A stretch of 64,000 nt of DNA, from positions 1 to 64,000 of IMG/VR virus record IMGVR_UViG_3300046779_001841; one strand, 5' to 3'. The notes beneath the pieces were generated by a model that worked only from the letters and a program-made list of their open reading frames with translations, was not told the origin of the DNA and searched no databases. This DNA is from a virus. Its lineage: Duplodnaviria > Caudoviricetes. Below are positions 61,640-64,000 of the stretch, piece after piece. Made by a program: the position numbers and the translations under genes. How positions within the stretch are numbered: the stretch's first letter is position 1; every line of letters begins with the position of its first letter.

Positions 61640-64000
61640 TTACATAATATACCAAGAAGTTCCTCTTGCCATAATGGTCAAACAACCACCAGGTAAAATA
61701 CTCTTACTATTAGAACCACCGATAGTTTGAATACCATCACCAAAAATAGTCATAGATGCAGTAAGATCAGTATTAAATAAAGCTAAAACATAACCATCAT
61801 AGTCATTATTTGTTAAAGCAAAAAGATAAACATCACCAGCCACACCACCATTTTCAATAAAATAAGCATCTTTAGAAACACTAACTAAAGGTGCATCGAT
61901 AGTCCATTCATCATTTAAGAAGTCTGAATCTGTGGTAGTATAACGAGTTTCACCAGCACCTGCGACTGCAAGATCAACATAAGCAGTAGTAGCAAGTTTA
62001 GTAGAATTATCATTAGGATCTTGTGTAGTAGCAACAACATTACCACTTAAAGTTAAAGTACCTCCAATAAAAGAAGAAATTTCAACAGCTTCTAAAATAC
62101 CACTAGCATTATTAAGTTTTAATTTATCAACAAGATTGGTATCTTGTATAGAAAAATCACCACCTAGAATTGTAACATTTGCTTGGTTATCGACATTAAA
62201 AGTATTATCGTTAATAACACCATTATTCCAAACTTTTAAAAGTCCATTAATGTAAAGAATACCATCACCACCTAGATCATTAGGTTGTGCCATAAAGAAA
62301 TTTTCATTTCCATTAACACCACCATTGATATAGAAACCATCTGTATTACCATTCGCACCATAAATGTTAATATTAACATTATTAGATGCAACATTTAAGA
62401 AACTAGCACCATTAGAATTTTTTACATCTAAATCATAAGATGAAACTGCACCAGCAACATCAACATCACCAGTAGAAGAATTTACTGAAACAACAGGTGA
62501 AACTTGATTGAAAGTAGAGATCGCACCAAAATTAACTGCATTTTGTAAAGCATCATCATAAGAAATAAGATATTCAGTGTTATAAGCACTAGCATCATTT
62601 GCAGTATATAAAATATTATATGTAGGTGCAGGATTAGCATTATCTAAAGAAAATGCCATTTCAAATTCAACACCATCATCATTGCTAGTATATGCTCTTA
62701 ATTGATATGTATATGTACCACCTTCTGTATCTACTACAAAAGAAGCATTAGGAACATTATCTACATTAGAATAAGCACCTGCGACTGCTTGGTATTCATA
62801 AATACCACTAGGTTTAACAGCAAGTTTATTCAAACCAGCATCTTGTAATAAAGTCAAAGGAATGACTTGTCTTATATTACCATTATCTGATGTTTTAAAG
62901 ACATGAAAGTATTCACCATTAGCAAGAGAATCCGCACCATATTTTACATAAATGTAAACAGTAGTCCCATTTACCAAAGCACCTGTAGGATTAAGAATGG
63001 TAAGATCGGAATAAACAGAAGTATTATCTTGAAGATTAATACCAGCACCATTAGATGCTTCAGCTATAGTGCTTACATTTAAAGAACCTGTAACAGTGGT
63101 ATCGCCTGTACTAGAATCTACAGAGAAAGTGTAAGCATTTTCATGTTGAACACCTAAAATAAAACTATCTGGATTAAAACTTGAAACAATAGCATTGCCA
63201 TTAAAAGTAGTATTCTCATTAATAGATAAAGCACTATCTATTGTGAGTTGAGCATCAGCAGAAATAGATAGTGTACTACCTGTAATCAAATTAGCAATAA
63301 TAGAATTAGCTTTGAAATCTGCATAAGCTAAATTATTTGCTTGTGTAACAACATTACTTGTAGTTGAACCAATACTATCAGCAGTAATAACTGCAAAATG
63401 AGATTCGCTTTCATCCCAGAAAAGAGATGCGGATGGTTGAGTATTACCTCTTTCAATAATAAAACCTGCATCATTTGTTGCAGTAGGATTAGCACTTGTA
63501 CCAGATCCTAAAAGAATAATGCTATCTGTAACATCTAAATTAACAGTATTGATAGATGTAATCGAACCATTAACAGTAAGAGTACCACCTACGATTAAAT
63601 TACCTTGAATGTCAACATTTTCTGCAAGTCCAATATTAACTTCACCACCTAAAACAAAGACTGAAGTTTCATTCTCTACACCTAAGAAAGTAATTGTTCC
63701 ACCTAAAGGTATATTTTCTGAACTATCTGAATCAGAGAAAGCTATCGTCTTAGTAGAGAGATTATCTACACTAATAGTTCCTAAACCAATAGTCATAGTA
63801 CTATTGGGTTCATCCATTGTTACAGATACACCATTAGCACCTACAACATCAAGATTATTACCAAGATCGATTTGGAAATCATTGATTGCAATAAAGCTAT
63901 GTTGTAATTGACCATTGGTGATAGTTCCCAAAGTAGCAGTCAAAGTAACAGAAGCTAAGGCATTATCTAAACTTACTGATCCTGTTAAATTACCTGCAAG
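61640..64000 (-). CDS. Fibre protein, 5' end outside window
   Basis: The frame stays open from TTG 63943 to the window edge (LAGNLTGSVSLDNALASVTL). Shares shaft and insert domains with the 1683-aa fibre. Confidence 0.85.
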   Translation of the reverse strand, partial: LAGNLTGSVSLDNALASVTLTATLGTITNGQLQHSFIAINDFQIDLGNNLDVVGANGVSVTMDEPNSTMTIGLGTISVDNLSTKTIAFSDSDSSENIPLGGTITFLGVENETSVFVLGGEVNIGLAENVDIQGNLIVGGTLTVNGSITSINTVNLDVTDSIILLGSGTSANPTATNDAGFIIERGNTQPSASLFWDESESHFAVITADSIGSTTSNVVTQANNLAYADFKANSIIANLITGSTLSISADAQLTIDSALSINENTTFNGNAIVSSFNPDSFILGVQHENAYTFSVDSSTGDTTVTGSLNVSTIAEASNGAGINLQDNTSVYSDLTILNPTGALVNGTTVYIYVKYGADSLANGEYFHVFKTSDNGNIRQVIPLTLLQDAGLNKLAVKPSGIYEYQAVAGAYSNVDNVPNASFVVDTEGGTYTYQLRAYTSNDDGVEFEMAFSLDNANPAPTYNILYTANDASAYNTEYLISYDDALQNAVNFGAISTFNQVSPVVSVNSSTGDVDVAGAVSSYDLDVKNSNGASFLNVASNNVNINIYGANGNTDGFYINGGVNGNENFFMAQPNDLGGDGILYINGLLKVWNNGVINDNTFNVDNQANVTILGGDFSIQDTNLVDKLKLNNASGILEAVEISSFIGGTLTLSGNVVATTQDPNDNSTKLATTAYVDLAVAGAGETRYTTTDSDFLNDEWTIDAPLVSVSKDAYFIENGGVAGDVYLFALTNNDYDGYVLALFNTDLTASMTIFGDGIQTIGGSNSKSILPGGCLTIMARGTSWYIM

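Noticed and set aside
1124-63911. Many short opposite-strand or alternate-frame ORFs in the track (e.g. 1124-1327, 14089-14481, 17258-17581, 34750-35094, 47673-47999, 53359-53649, 59199-59489)
   Set aside because: They are shadows fully overlapping well-supported genes, with no RBS or motifs.
1-64000. tRNA or rRNA genes
   Set aside because: No cloverleaf with T-loop GTTCRA and acceptor stem was seen in intergenic DNA. GGTTCG hits (about 4081, 26340) are inside coding sequence. tRNAscan was not run.
1-64000. Eukaryotic giant virus or bacterial chromosome origin
   Set aside because: Shine-Dalgarno sites, operon packing, bacterial-type RecA/DnaN/SspB plus tail-fibre genes, and the lack of housekeeping clusters fit a large bacteriophage.

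Overview
This is a 64 kb segment of a strongly AT-rich, large (jumbo-type) dsDNA tailed bacteriophage genome read in the standard genetic code. The left arm (0.2-24 kb) is a DNA metabolism module. It carries clamp-loader delta'/delta-like subunits, nrdA and nrdB split by two tandem C5-cytosine methyltransferases, a RecD2-like helicase, a putative SSB, RuvC, RecA, SbcD, a Cas4-like exonuclease, a beta-clamp, and an SbcC/Rad50 encoded as separate N- and C-terminal halves. The middle (24-52 kb) is an accessory region with lectin-domain proteins, five GIY-YIG-family genes, an M15 peptidase, a GroEL-like protein, SspB, a DarG-like macrodomain, a pyrimidine-dimer glycosylase, topoisomerase IB and many small hypothetical genes. 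The right end (52-64 kb) encodes long, mosaic tail or head fibres. No tRNA, rRNA, CRISPR array, integrase or reverse transcriptase was seen. The most notable unexplained structure: (1) at least 10 otherwise unrelated small proteins share an N-terminal leader (KLASLEARLAKLE, usually followed by [K/R]-x-A-[S/G]), several behind one promoter motif, which is a candidate capsid-packaging and processing signal; (2) two GIY-YIG-like proteins carry 7 and 5 modular 34-aa repeats with hypervariable positions; (3) three distinct upstream motif classes occur, including a 32-bp element with 23 invariant positions in 6 copies; (4) three lectin proteins share an MFxATHGIxKP docking peptide; (5) an intergenic two-hairpin element has loop-loop complementarity. 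All family assignments come from motif recognition by eye. No database searches were run.
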